A stretch of 64,000 bases of DNA from Nannocystis bainbridge. Its GTDB lineage: Bacteria > Myxococcota_A > Polyangia > Nannocystales > Nannocystaceae. The notes beneath the pieces are model-generated. The model did no database searches. It worked only from the letters and a program-made list of their open reading frames with translations, and had not been told where the DNA came from. Position 1 is the first letter of the stretch; each line of letters opens with the position of its first letter. The DNA lies in assembly GCF_028368995.1 (NCBI RefSeq), contig NZ_JAQNDL010000001.1, positions 2,688,001 to 2,752,000 on the forward strand, in the 5' to 3' direction. The position numbers and the translations under genes are program-made. Below are positions 17,215 through 28,176 of the stretch, piece after piece.

Positions 17215-17298
17215 CCTGCCTGTTCGGTCATGGCCTCGAGGACATGCCTTTAAAAGCATGTCCATGAGCACATGGCCTTTCGAACATGCCTGAACGGT
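17215..17298. repeat. Intergenic 14-bp-period array between convergent genes
   Basis: Nodes CCTG 17215, CATG 17229, 17243, 17257, 17271, 17285. Confidence 0.92.
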
Positions 17299-18278
17299 CA
17301 GCTGACCTTGTCGCGTCCCAGGCTGCTGTACACGTCTTCGAGGTCCGAGCGGACCTTGCTCAGCGAGATCACCTCGACATCGCCCAGCACCAGTTCCTTG
17401 AGCAGGTGGGCCGCCCGCTCCTCGCTGCCGTGGATCCGCACGCGCAGCAGCCCGCGCTCGTCCTTCTCCGGGTCCGGCTGGACCTCGCCCTTGTGCAGCG
17501 GCAGCACCGCCTCGATCAGGCCCTCGTGCTTGCGCAGGATCTCGATCGCGCGCCCCAGCCCGCGCGTCACCTGCACCTCGTGCAGGCGGCGGCCCACCTC
17601 GTAGCGGTTGATCACCTCGTCGACCGGCCCGTGGACCTCGAGCTTGCCCTGCTGGATCACCGCTACCGCGTCGCAGAAGCCGTCGAGCTCGCGCAGGATG
17701 TGGCTGCTGATCACGATCCCGACCCCCTCGCCGGCGACCTGGCGCAGCACCTCGCGCAGCTGCCTGCGCGCCAGTGGGTCGAGGCCGTCGGCTGGCTCGT
17801 CGAGCAGCAGCAATTCCGGCCGGTGGACCAGCGTGCGCGCGATCGCCAGCCGCTGGCGCATGCCCTTGCTCATGTCGGACACGCGCGCGTGCGCCTTGCT
17901 GGCGAGGTCGAACACCTGCAGCAGCTCGTCGACGCGCGCCTTCGCGGCCTTGTCGTCCTGGCCGTAGCACTCGGCGAAGAACGTCAGGTAGCCGGCCGCG
18001 GTCATGCCCGGGTAGAGCGCGGTGCCGTCGCCGAGGAAGCCGATCTTCTGGCGGATCGCGTAGCGTTCGCCCCAGGCGTCGCGGCCGTCCCACAGCACCG
18101 TCCCGCGGTCGGGCTTCTGCAGGGTGGCGAGGATCCGCAGCGTCGTGCTCTTGCCGGCGCCGTTGGGGCCGATGAGGGCCAGCACTTCGCCGGCGCGGAT
18201 CTCGAGGCGGAGGTCGCGGACGGCGTCGCGGACCCCGTCGTACGAGTGATTGACATCGACACAGACGACGCGCTGCAT
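17298..18278 (-). CDS. ABC transporter ATP-binding protein
   Basis: GPNGAGKST Walker A, MSKGMRQR signature, LLLLDEP Walker B, SSH switch. Confidence 0.93.
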   Translation of the reverse strand: MQRVVCVDVNHSYDGVRDAVRDLRLEIRAGEVLALIGPNGAGKSTTLRILATLQKPDRGTVLWDGRDAWGERYAIRQKIGFLGDGTALYPGMTAAGYLTFFAECYGQDDKAAKARVDELLQVFDLASKAHARVSDMSKGMRQRLAIARTLVHRPELLLLDEPADGLDPLARRQLREVLRQVAGEGVGIVISSHILRELDGFCDAVAVIQQGKLEVHGPVDEVINRYEVGRRLHEVQVTRGLGRAIEILRKHEGLIEAVLPLHKGEVQPDPEKDERGLLRVRIHGSEERAAHLLKELVLGDVEVISLSKVRSDLEDVYSSLGRDKVS

Positions 18279-18387
18279 AGGTCTTGGGCTCCCGTGGTGG
18301 TTCGCGGAGAAGACGCGGCCGCCGCCGGCCGATGTTCCCGCCAGCCTACCAGGCATCATCCGCGCTCGCGCGGTACACTGGCGGCCG

Positions 18388-19803
18388 ATGCCGCGTCCCT
18401 CGCTCCGCACCGCGCTCCTCGGCGCCTCGCTCGCGCTCCTGTCCTGCTCGCGCCCCAAGGCGAGCGCCGAGGCCCCCGCGGAGGCGCAGGCGACCGGCGA
18501 GAGCCCGCTGGCGCAGGCCGCCGCCGGGCTGCCCGGCTTCGAGACCGGCGGCATCGCGCGCGACGTGCCCCACGAGCGCTTCTACGTCGAGGTCGGCGAC
18601 GCGCCGGTGCGCGGGCCCGCCGACGCCCCCGTCACCATCGTCGCCTTCTCCGACTTCGAGTGCCCCTACTGCGAGAAGGGCCACCGGAGCATGCTCGCGC
18701 TCGAGCAGGAGTTCGCCGGCCAGCTGCGCTTCGCCTACAAGGCCTTCCCGCTCGAGTTCCACGGCTACGCCCTCGTCGCCGCGCTGATGGCCCGCTCCGC
18801 GCTCGAGCAGGGCAAGTTCTGGGGCTTCTACGACCGCATCTTCGGCCAGAAGGGCATGGACCTCGAGAGCCTGCAGGACGCCGCGCGCGCCGCCGAGCTC
18901 GACCTGAGCAAGATCCAGGACGACCTCGAGGCCCTGCGCTGGGGCACCGCCGTGCAGAAAGACCTGCGTCAGGGCCGGCGCCTCGGCGTCACCGGCACCC
19001 CGGCCTACTTCATCAACGGCCGCCACATCAACGGCGCCAAGCCGCTCGAGCTGCTGCGCTCGGTCGTCCGCGAGGAGCTCGAGCTGGCCGCCAAGTGGCG
19101 CGAGCAGGGCGTCAAGCCCGACCGGATCTACGCCCACGCCATCCAGGACGGCTACCGCGAGGTCCAGGTGCGCAAGCCTCGGCCCGGGCTCAAGCCGGAC
19201 GTCATTTATCCGGTGCCGATCGACGACTCGCCGCAGCGCGGCCCGGCCACCGCCCTGGTCACCATCGTCGAGTTCGCCGACTTCGAGTGCGGCTTCTGCG
19301 TGCGCGGCCACGAGACCGTGGAGAAGCTGCGCCGCCGCTACGGCGACAAGGTCCGCGTGGTGTTCAAGCACTACCCGCTGCCGTTCCACAGCCACGCGTT
19401 CATGGCCGCGCGCGCGGCCATGGCGGCCCAGGCCGAGGGCAAGTTCTGGGAGTTCCACGACCGCCTCTACGGCGAAAAGGCCCGGTTCGACGAGGACACG
19501 CTGCTGCAGATCGCCCGCGAGCTGAAGCTCGACCCCAAGAAGTTCAAGCAGCGTCTGCACGGCGCCGAGGCCGACGCGCGGATCGTCACCGACCAGGATC
19601 TCGGCACCACCCTTGGGGTCCGCGGCACGCCGGCGTACTTCGTCAACGGCCGCGCGGTCGACGGCGCCGTGCCGGAGCTCGAGTTCCGCCTCGTCATCCA
19701 GGAGGAGCTCGAGCGCGCCGAGGCCCTGCTGCGCGAGGGAGTCCCCCCGGCGGCCCTGTATCACCGCCTGGTGACGCCACCGGCCCCGAGCGCGGCCCGC
19801 TGA
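18388..19803 (+). CDS. Double-domain DsbA/thioredoxin lipoprotein
   Basis: Two domains: FSDFECPYC...GVTGTPAYFINGR and FADFECGFC...GVRGTPAYFVNGR; lipobox LLSC. Confidence 0.92.
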   Translation: MPRPSLRTALLGASLALLSCSRPKASAEAPAEAQATGESPLAQAAAGLPGFETGGIARDVPHERFYVEVGDAPVRGPADAPVTIVAFSDFECPYCEKGHRSMLALEQEFAGQLRFAYKAFPLEFHGYALVAALMARSALEQGKFWGFYDRIFGQKGMDLESLQDAARAAELDLSKIQDDLEALRWGTAVQKDLRQGRRLGVTGTPAYFINGRHINGAKPLELLRSVVREELELAAKWREQGVKPDRIYAHAIQDGYREVQVRKPRPGLKPDVIYPVPIDDSPQRGPATALVTIVEFADFECGFCVRGHETVEKLRRRYGDKVRVVFKHYPLPFHSHAFMAARAAMAAQAEGKFWEFHDRLYGEKARFDEDTLLQIARELKLDPKKFKQRLHGAEADARIVTDQDLGTTLGVRGTPAYFVNGRAVDGAVPELEFRLVIQEELERAEALLREGVPPAALYHRLVTPPAPSAAR

Positions 19804-19884
19804 TCCGGCGCGGAACCGCCCCGCGCGGCCTTGCGCCGGCCGCCCGCGGCGCGAAGCGGCCGCCGATTGGGTGATACTTCCGCG

Positions 19885-22800
19885 GTGCCGGACACACCGA
19901 CTGCGCAGCTGCCGGGCGTGCAGCTCCTCGAGGAGGTCGGCCGCAGCGCGCGGAGCGTGGTCTATCGGGCCCGGCGCGGCGACTTCGTGGTCGCGGTCAA
20001 GCTGCTGCGCACCGACGCCGGCGAGCTCGAGACCGCGGCGCTGAGCTTCCGCCGCGAGGCCGCCACTCTGGCGACGCTGTCGCACCCGTGCGTGGTCCAG
20101 GTGTTCGAGATCGGCGACGCCGCCGGCCTGCCGTACGTGATCATGGAGTACGTCGAGGGCCGGACCCTGGCCGCGCGGCTGGCCGCCGGCCCGCTGTCCG
20201 AGGCCGAGGCGATCCAGCTCGGCCTGCAGCTCGCCGGCGTGCTCGGCGAGATCCACCGCCGGCGCCTGCTCCACCGCGAGATGCGGCCGCAGAACGTGCT
20301 GCTGCTGCCGAACGCCAGCGGCCTGGTCAAGCTGGTCGACTTCGACCTCCGCGACGGCGCGCCGCCGGGCGCCGCCGGGCCCGCGGCCTATCGCGCGCCC
20401 GAGCAGGGCGGCCTGCTCGACCGCACCGTCGACGCCCGCTCCGACCTCTACGCGCTCGGGGCCATGCTGTTCGAGGCGGTCTCCGGCCGCCCGCCGTTCC
20501 TCGCCCGCGAGCCCGACGAGCTGCTGCGCCAGCACGCCGTGCTCGCCCCGCCGCCGCTGCGCGAGCTGGTCCCGCGCTGCTCGCCCGCGTTCGCGGCGGT
20601 GGTCGCCCGCCTGCTGGCCAAGGACCCGGACGACCGGTTCCAGACCGGCGAGGCCACCGCCGCCGCCCTGCTGGCGATCGACGAGTCCATTGGGACAGGT
20701 CCCTTCGGACATTTCGCAAAGGACAGGCTCGACGGCCCGCTGGTCGGCCGCGAGCCCGAGCTCCGCCGGCTCGAGGAGGCTCACGCGCGCGCCCGCGAGG
20801 GCCTCGGCGGCGGCGTGCTCGTCACCGGCGAGCCGGGCAGCGGCAAGTCGCGGCTGCTCGCCGCGTTCGCGGCCGCGCGCGCGGGCGACGGCGTGCCTGT
20901 CCTTTCAGTCAGGTGCCAGCCCGACGCGCGCCCGCTCGCCGGCCTGCGCGCCGCCGTCGACCCGCACCTGCGGCGGCTGCGGCCCGACACCGCGGCCCTG
21001 GCCGGCGGCGACGGCGGCGAGCTGGTGTCGGCCACCGTCGACGCGCTGGCCCTGATCGCCGAGGCCAACCCGGGCGCGGTGCTGTGGGTCGACGACGCCG
21101 AGGTCATCGACGACGCCACCCTCGCCGCCCTGCGCCTGCTCGTCGGCCGGATCGCCGAGCTGCCGCTCCTGCTGGTCACCGTCGGCCGGTTCGAGCGCTG
21201 GGCCGGCGAGCTCGATCGCGACGGCGCCTGCGAATTTTTGGCCCTCGAGGCGCTGTCCGAGCCCGCCGTCGCCGCCTTGATGGCGGCCATGCTCGGCCAG
21301 CGGCGCGTCGACGACGAGCTGGTGCGCCTGGTCGAGAGCCGCAGCGGCGGCCTGCCGCTCGGCGTCATCGAGTACGTGCGCGCCATGCTCGACGGCGGGG
21401 TCCTGCGGCCGTTCTGGGACGTCTGGCAGGTCGAGGTCGCCGGCCTCGCCAACCTCCACCTGCCTGGCGACGTCCAGCAGTTGCTGCTCACCCGCGTCGC
21501 CCGCCTGCGCGAGCGCACCCGCGACGCCCTGCGCGCCGCCGCGGTGCTCGGGCCCGACGTGAAGCCGGCGCTGCTGGCCCGCGTGCTCGGCCGCGACCCG
21601 CTCGGCGTGTCGCAGGCGCTGTCCGAGGCCGCCGCCGCCCGCCTGCTCGAGCGCGGCCCGCTCGGCGACTACGTGTTCGTCCACAACCGCGTGCGCGAGG
21701 CCCTGCTGGCCGGCCTCGACGGCGCCGGCCTGGCCTCGTACCACCAGCGCGTCGCCGAGGCGCTCGACAATGTCGACATCGACGGCGACGGCCTGCACCG
21801 CCTGGCCCACCACTACCTCGCCGGCGACCACTCCAAGCCCGAGCGCGCGATCGAGGTCTGCCTGCGCGCCGGTCGCCTGGCCCAGGCCGAATCGGCCGAC
21901 GAGGACGCCTACCGCTACTTCCGCCGCGCCGACGAGCTGCGCGCCCGCGTCGGCCTGCCGCCCGACCCGCGCCTCGACGAGGGCCTCAGCGAGGTCTGCA
22001 GCCGCACCGGTCGCCACGAAGAGGCCGAAGTACATGTCTCTCGGGCCATGTCGCAAGAGACAGACCCGGCCCGGCGCGCCCAGCTGCTGCGCCGGCGCGC
22101 CCGCGTCGAGCTGTTCCGGCTCGAGCACAAGCGCGCCCTCGCCAGCCTGGCCGCCGCGTTCGCCGAGGTCGGCGCGACCATGCCGTCGCGCAGCCCGCTG
22201 GCGCTGCTGCTCAGCTTCGGCATGGTCCTCGCCGCCGCGCTGATCGCCGCCACCGGGGTCGGCCGCGCCGTCGGTCCGCGCCGCGCCCGCGCCACCCTGC
22301 TCGCCCAGCTCTACGACGACGCCGTGCGCGTCGCCTACTTCGACATCCGCACCGCCACCCTGCTGCAGGCCGTCGGCCGCCTGCGCTACTACGGCGAGCG
22401 CCTCGGCCCATCGGCCGAGCTGGCGCGGGCCAAGATCGCCCTCGGCATCATCTACGCCGCCGTCGGCCGCTCGCACGCCGCCCGCCGCTGCGCCGCCGAG
22501 GGCGTGGCCATGGCCACCGCCGTCGGCGACCGCCGCACCCTCGCGCGCGTCAGCTTCTACGCCGCCGCGATCCACGAGTCGTGCGGCGACGTGCTGGCCT
22601 CCGAGCAGATGCTCGCGCGCACCCTCGCCGATCATCACCGCTGGCTCGAGAACTGGGGCCTGGTGTTCACCCACCAGCTGCTCGCGCTCAACCTGTGGGT
22701 GCGCGGGCACGACGGCCGGGCCCTCGCCGTCCTGCGCCGCCTGACCGCCGAGCTCGAGCTCGAGGGCGACCGCACCACCCGCCAGGCCACCGTCTTCACG

Positions 22801-25155
22801 CACGGCCTGCACGCCGTCGTCCTGGCCGGCACCGGCCGCCGCGACGACGCCTTGCGCCACCTCGGTCGGGCCCGCGGCGGCGCGGCCAGCTTCGCCGAGG
22901 ACCGCGGCCAGCTGGCCAACCTCTACGGCCTCGAGGTCGTCACGCTCGTCCTCCTCGGCGAGACCTCGGCCGTCGTCGACGACGCCATCGCCCGCTTCGA
23001 CGCCCTGTCGCTGCGCCCGCGCGAGGTCCCCTACCACGTCCGCTACGCCTACGCCTTCGTCGTCCACGCCCGCCTCCACCAGGCCCTGGCCGCCCCGCCG
23101 GCCCTGCGCGGGCCTCACCTCGTCCGCCTGCGCGCCGCCCTCGACACCCTCACCCTGCTGCCGAACCACCCGGTCCTGCGCGGCTTCCTCCTACTTGGCC
23201 GATCGGGCATGTCCTGGATGACAGGTCTCTTCGACCATGCCCTCACGGACCTGTCCGAAGCGGAGCAGCTCGCGTTCGCCAGCGAGAACCGGTGGCTGCG
23301 CTGCGAGGCGCTGCACCACCGGGCCCACGCGCTGTGCGGCGCCGGGCGGGTCGACGCCGGCCGCCGCGAGGCCCGGGCCGCCGCCGCGCTGGCCGAGGAG
23401 CTGGGCTGGCGCCCGCGCGCCGAGGCCATCCGCCGCACCTTCGACCTCGGCGCCGTCCACGAGCCGCGGGGCACCAGCGACGGCCACCTCGGCGACGTCC
23501 AGGCCGCCCGCCTGCGCCGGCACCTCGACGCATTGCTCGAGCTCAGCCTCGCCTCCGCCACCGCGCGCGCCTTCGAGGAGCAGGCGCGGATCGCCATCGA
23601 CGAGCTCGCGCGCCTGCTGGCCGCCGAGCGCTGCGCCCTGTTCCTGTGCGACGACACCGGCAAGCTCGAGTTCAAGGTCGGCCGCGACGCCCGCGGCGGC
23701 GAGCTCGCGGCCGACTTCGGCGTCGTCCGCGACGTCGTCGAGCAGGTCCAGAGCACGCGCGAGCCGATCGTCGTGTCCGGCGAGGACCGCGGCGGCCGCG
23801 GCCGTCACAGCGCCATGGCGGCCCCGCTGATCCTCAAGGATCGCATGATCGGCATCGTCTACCTCGACAACCGCCTGGTCCGCGGCGCCTTCACCAGCGG
23901 TGACGTCGAGATCTTGTGCGCCATCGCCGGTCACATCGCCATCGCCCTCGAGACCGCCCGCGCCGCCCAGCTCGAGGCCCAGGTCGTCGCCGCCGCGCAG
24001 GAGAAGTCCGCCCTGCTCGAGCACGCCACCAGCGCCGTCGGCATCGGCATCGCCGTCCTCCAGCCCGACGGCGAGCTCGCCCGGCACAGCCCGATCCTCG
24101 CCGACATGACCAGCCGCTGGCCCTCCGTCGCCGACTGGTGGGCCGGCGCCGCCCGTCAGCTGCTCCTGCCCGAGCCGCGCCCGTGCCCCCACTGCGGCGA
24201 GGTCCAGTCGCTCGGCCGCAGCGTCGCCGACCTCGTCCAGGACGGCGAGCGCCAGGTGTTCGAGATCACCTTCACCGGCCACTTCCACGAGCTCGACCTC
24301 GCCACCCCCGGACATGTCCTTTTGGTCAGCGACATCACCTCGCGCAAGATCTCCGAGGAGAACCTGCTGCGGCTCAACGAGGAGCTGACCTCCGCGCGCG
24401 ACCAGGCCCTGGCCGCCAGCCGGGCCAAGAGCACCTTCCTCGCCAACATGAGCCACGAGCTGCGGACCCCGCTCAACGCCATCATCGGCTTCAGCGAGAT
24501 GTTGGTCGAGGACGCCGAGCACGTCGGCAGCCGGCAGATGGTCACCGACCTCGGCAAGATCCGCATGTCGGGCTCGCACCTGCTCGACCTCATCAGCACC
24601 ATCCTCGACCTCTCCAAGGTCGAGACCGGCAAGATGCAGCTCGAGATCGTCGAGTTCTCGCTGCCCGCGCTGGTCGCCCGGGTCGCCGCCATGATCACGC
24701 CGATGATCGCCAAGAACCGCAACATGCTGGCACAGGCGATCCAGACCGACATCCACACCATGGTCGGCGACGAGACCAAGGTGAAGCAGATCCTCTTCAA
24801 CCTGCTGTCGAACGCCGCCAAGTTCACCACCGACGGCGTCATCACGCTCGGGGTCGAGCACGAGTTCGACGAGGCCCTGGGGCGCGACGACATCGTCTTC
24901 ACCGTCGAGGACACTGGCATCGGGTTCCGCCCCGACCAGATCGACAAGCTGTTCCAGGACTTCTACCAGGCCGACATGTCGACCACCCGCAAGTACGGCG
25001 GCACCGGCCTCGGACTCGCCATCGTCCATCGCTTCTGTCGCCTCATGGGCGGCGAGATCGGCGTGTCGAGCGAGCCCGGGATCGGCTCGACCTTCCGCGT
25101 CCGGTTGCCGCGCCACCTGGTCGAAGTGCCGCACAGCGAGGCGCCCGCGGCCTGA
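19885..25155 (+). CDS. Multidomain signalling protein: Ser/Thr (pseudo)kinase + AAA ATPase + helical repeats + GAF + histidine kinase
   Basis: VAVK, APEQ, SDLYALG; GEPGSGKS Walker A; IGIVYLDN (GAF); [38 protein letters not shown]. Confidence 0.9.
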   Translation: MPDTPTAQLPGVQLLEEVGRSARSVVYRARRGDFVVAVKLLRTDAGELETAALSFRREAATLATLSHPCVVQVFEIGDAAGLPYVIMEYVEGRTLAARLAAGPLSEAEAIQLGLQLAGVLGEIHRRRLLHREMRPQNVLLLPNASGLVKLVDFDLRDGAPPGAAGPAAYRAPEQGGLLDRTVDARSDLYALGAMLFEAVSGRPPFLAREPDELLRQHAVLAPPPLRELVPRCSPAFAAVVARLLAKDPDDRFQTGEATAAALLAIDESIGTGPFGHFAKDRLDGPLVGREPELRRLEEAHARAREGLGGGVLVTGEPGSGKSRLLAAFAAARAGDGVPVLSVRCQPDARPLAGLRAAVDPHLRRLRPDTAALAGGDGGELVSATVDALALIAEANPGAVLWVDDAEVIDDATLAALRLLVGRIAELPLLLVTVGRFERWAGELDRDGACEFLALEALSEPAVAALMAAMLGQRRVDDELVRLVESRSGGLPLGVIEYVRAMLDGGVLRPFWDVWQVEVAGLANLHLPGDVQQLLLTRVARLRERTRDALRAAAVLGPDVKPALLARVLGRDPLGVSQALSEAAAARLLERGPLGDYVFVHNRVREALLAGLDGAGLASYHQRVAEALDNVDIDGDGLHRLAHHYLAGDHSKPERAIEVCLRAGRLAQAESADEDAYRYFRRADELRARVGLPPDPRLDEGLSEVCSRTGRHEEAEVHVSRAMSQETDPARRAQLLRRRARVELFRLEHKRALASLAAAFAEVGATMPSRSPLALLLSFGMVLAAALIAATGVGRAVGPRRARATLLAQLYDDAVRVAYFDIRTATLLQAVGRLRYYGERLGPSAELARAKIALGIIYAAVGRSHAARRCAAEGVAMATAVGDRRTLARVSFYAAAIHESCGDVLASEQMLARTLADHHRWLENWGLVFTHQLLALNLWVRGHDGRALAVLRRLTAELELEGDRTTRQATVFTHGLHAVVLAGTGRRDDALRHLGRARGGAASFAEDRGQLANLYGLEVVTLVLLGETSAVVDDAIARFDALSLRPREVPYHVRYAYAFVVHARLHQALAAPPALRGPHLVRLRAALDTLTLLPNHPVLRGFLLLGRSGMSWMTGLFDHALTDLSEAEQLAFASENRWLRCEALHHRAHALCGAGRVDAGRREARAAAALAEELGWRPRAEAIRRTFDLGAVHEPRGTSDGHLGDVQAARLRRHLDALLELSLASATARAFEEQARIAIDELARLLAAERCALFLCDDTGKLEFKVGRDARGGELAADFGVVRDVVEQVQSTREPIVVSGEDRGGRGRHSAMAAPLILKDRMIGIVYLDNRLVRGAFTSGDVEILCAIAGHIAIALETARAAQLEAQVVAAAQEKSALLEHATSAVGIGIAVLQPDGELARHSPILADMTSRWPSVADWWAGAARQLLLPEPRPCPHCGEVQSLGRSVADLVQDGERQVFEITFTGHFHELDLATPGHVLLVSDITSRKISEENLLRLNEELTSARDQALAASRAKSTFLANMSHELRTPLNAIIGFSEMLVEDAEHVGSRQMVTDLGKIRMSGSHLLDLISTILDLSKVETGKMQLEIVEFSLPALVARVAAMITPMIAKNRNMLAQAIQTDIHTMVGDETKVKQILFNLLSNAAKFTTDGVITLGVEHEFDEALGRDDIVFTVEDTGIGFRPDQIDKLFQDFYQADMSTTRKYGGTGLGLAIVHRFCRLMGGEIGVSSEPGIGSTFRVRLPRHLVEVPHSEAPAA
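20682..20730. repeat. 14-bp-period array in kinase-AAA linker
   Basis: Nodes CGAG 20682, CAGG 20696, CATT 20710, CAGG 20724 (e.g. GGTCCCTTCGGACA). Confidence 0.7.
22033..22064. repeat. 14-bp-period array in CDS
   Basis: CATG 22033, CATG 22047, CAGA 22061. Confidence 0.7.
23194..23263. repeat. 14-bp-period array in CDS
   Basis: CTTG 23194, CATG 23208, CAGG 23222, CATG 23236, CCTG 23250. Confidence 0.82.
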
Positions 25156-25285
25156 AGGGCGGCGCGCGCACCCGTCGCGCTGCGCCGGACCCGCAGCCTG
25201 GAGAAAGCCCGCGAGGGACCTCCCGTGGCCGCACGAGCGGACACTAGTCCGCGAGGGCCTCTTTTGGCGACAATCTCAGGGCCTG

Positions 25286-26707
<1,422 letters not shown>

Positions 26708-26814
26708 GCCCCGTTCTGCCTCCGGGTGCGCCCGGCTCGCCGTCCTCGCCCTGTGTGCTGGGGCACGAGTCCGCGCGTGACCCTCTCCGCTCCGCCTGGT
26801 AGATTCCGCGCGCC

Positions 26815-28008
26815 ATGACGAAGGGCACCACGTCGCTGCTCCTCCTCGCCTGCTTCACCGTCGCTGCCGGAGCCGCGGCGTGCAAGCGCCCCAACACCGG
26901 CTACGCGCTGTCGCCCTGGGACGCCACCGCGATGGCGAGCTGCGACCAGCACGGCCAGCTCGCGCGCACCTGCAACGAGTGTAACGGCCGCGACCTCAAG
27001 GCCTGCCTCACCGTCGCCCACGACTACGAGGCGCGCCACGACGTCTCGCGCGGCTATCGCGACCTCAACACCGCGATCAGCTTCTACGGCCGCGCCTGCG
27101 AGCTCAACTACATCCCGGCCTGCGTGCTGCTCGGCAATCACTACTCGGTGGTCCGCCCCGAGCCGCCGGCCCGCCAGGACGCGGTCAAGGTGCGTGACGA
27201 GTCGTGCGCCGAGGTGGCCGCCGCGTGCAACAAGAAGGACGCGCTCGCCTGCCGGATCGAGGGCATGTGTCTGAGCGACGACTGGCACGCTCGCAAGAGC
27301 CCGCTGGATATCCCGAAGGCCATCACCGCCCTGACCTCCGCCTGCGACCTCGGCGACGCCATCGGCTGCGCTCGCCTCGGCTGGCTGCAAGCCGCCGAAA
27401 GCAAGGACGAGTCGGGCCTGACCCAGGCGTACGGCGCCTACCAAAAGTCCTGCGACCTCGGGCTCGCCGAGGGCTGCATCGGCCTCGCCGCCTACCTGCA
27501 ACACGGCATCGGCACCCCCGCCGATCCCGACAAGGCCCGCGCCATCGCCAGCGAGTGGTGCGCCCGCGGCTCGCGCGAGGCCTGCCACGCCGAGTCGGGC
27601 CACTACACCGCCCTGTGGGCCCTGCTGACCGACGACGCCGCCACCAAGACCTGGGCCCCGCCGGACGCCAAGCGCCTGGGCGCGCTCGACCTGCAGGTCG
27701 CCTGGTCGCAGGGCATCGGCCGCACCGGCTTCTGCATCGAGTCCACCGGCGCCGTCGACAAGATCACCACCCTCGACTCGGTCGGTGACCCGGCCGTCGA
27801 CCAGGTCCTGCGCGACACCGTCAAGGCGTGGAAATTCCCGCGCCACCCGAGCACCCCGATCTGCGTCACCCACGAGCACAACTTCGTGTTCGCGGTGCGC
27901 CCGTGGATCTTCCGCTCGTACTACATCGTCACGAACCAGTGGGTCACCGCCCGCGGCGGCGTCACGATGCTCGACCACGACTGGCAGCGCCCCGCCCGCA
28001 ACCGCTGA
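26815..28008 (+). CDS. Exported Cys-rich Sel1-like repeat protein with TonB-C-like C-terminal domain
   Basis: FYGRACELNYIPACVLLG, ACDLGDAIGCARLG, SCDLGLAEGCIGLA; FCIESTGAVDKITTLDSVGDPAVDQVLRDTVKAWKF. Confidence 0.7.
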   Translation: MTKGTTSLLLLACFTVAAGAAACKRPNTGYALSPWDATAMASCDQHGQLARTCNECNGRDLKACLTVAHDYEARHDVSRGYRDLNTAISFYGRACELNYIPACVLLGNHYSVVRPEPPARQDAVKVRDESCAEVAAACNKKDALACRIEGMCLSDDWHARKSPLDIPKAITALTSACDLGDAIGCARLGWLQAAESKDESGLTQAYGAYQKSCDLGLAEGCIGLAAYLQHGIGTPADPDKARAIASEWCARGSREACHAESGHYTALWALLTDDAATKTWAPPDAKRLGALDLQVAWSQGIGRTGFCIESTGAVDKITTLDSVGDPAVDQVLRDTVKAWKFPRHPSTPICVTHEHNFVFAVRPWIFRSYYIVTNQWVTARGGVTMLDHDWQRPARNR

Positions 28009-28176
28009 GCGCCCGCCTCCTCGCGGCCGCGTCCTCGCGGCTGCGTCTGCGCCCCGCATCCCGCTCGCCGAGCGGGAGGCCCGCCGCGACTGTCGTGCTC
28101 CCATGCTCCGCCTGCCCCGGCTCGGGCCCGCGAGCTGGACACGCCGCGAGCTCGCGTGCTCCCATGAGCGTCGCCC

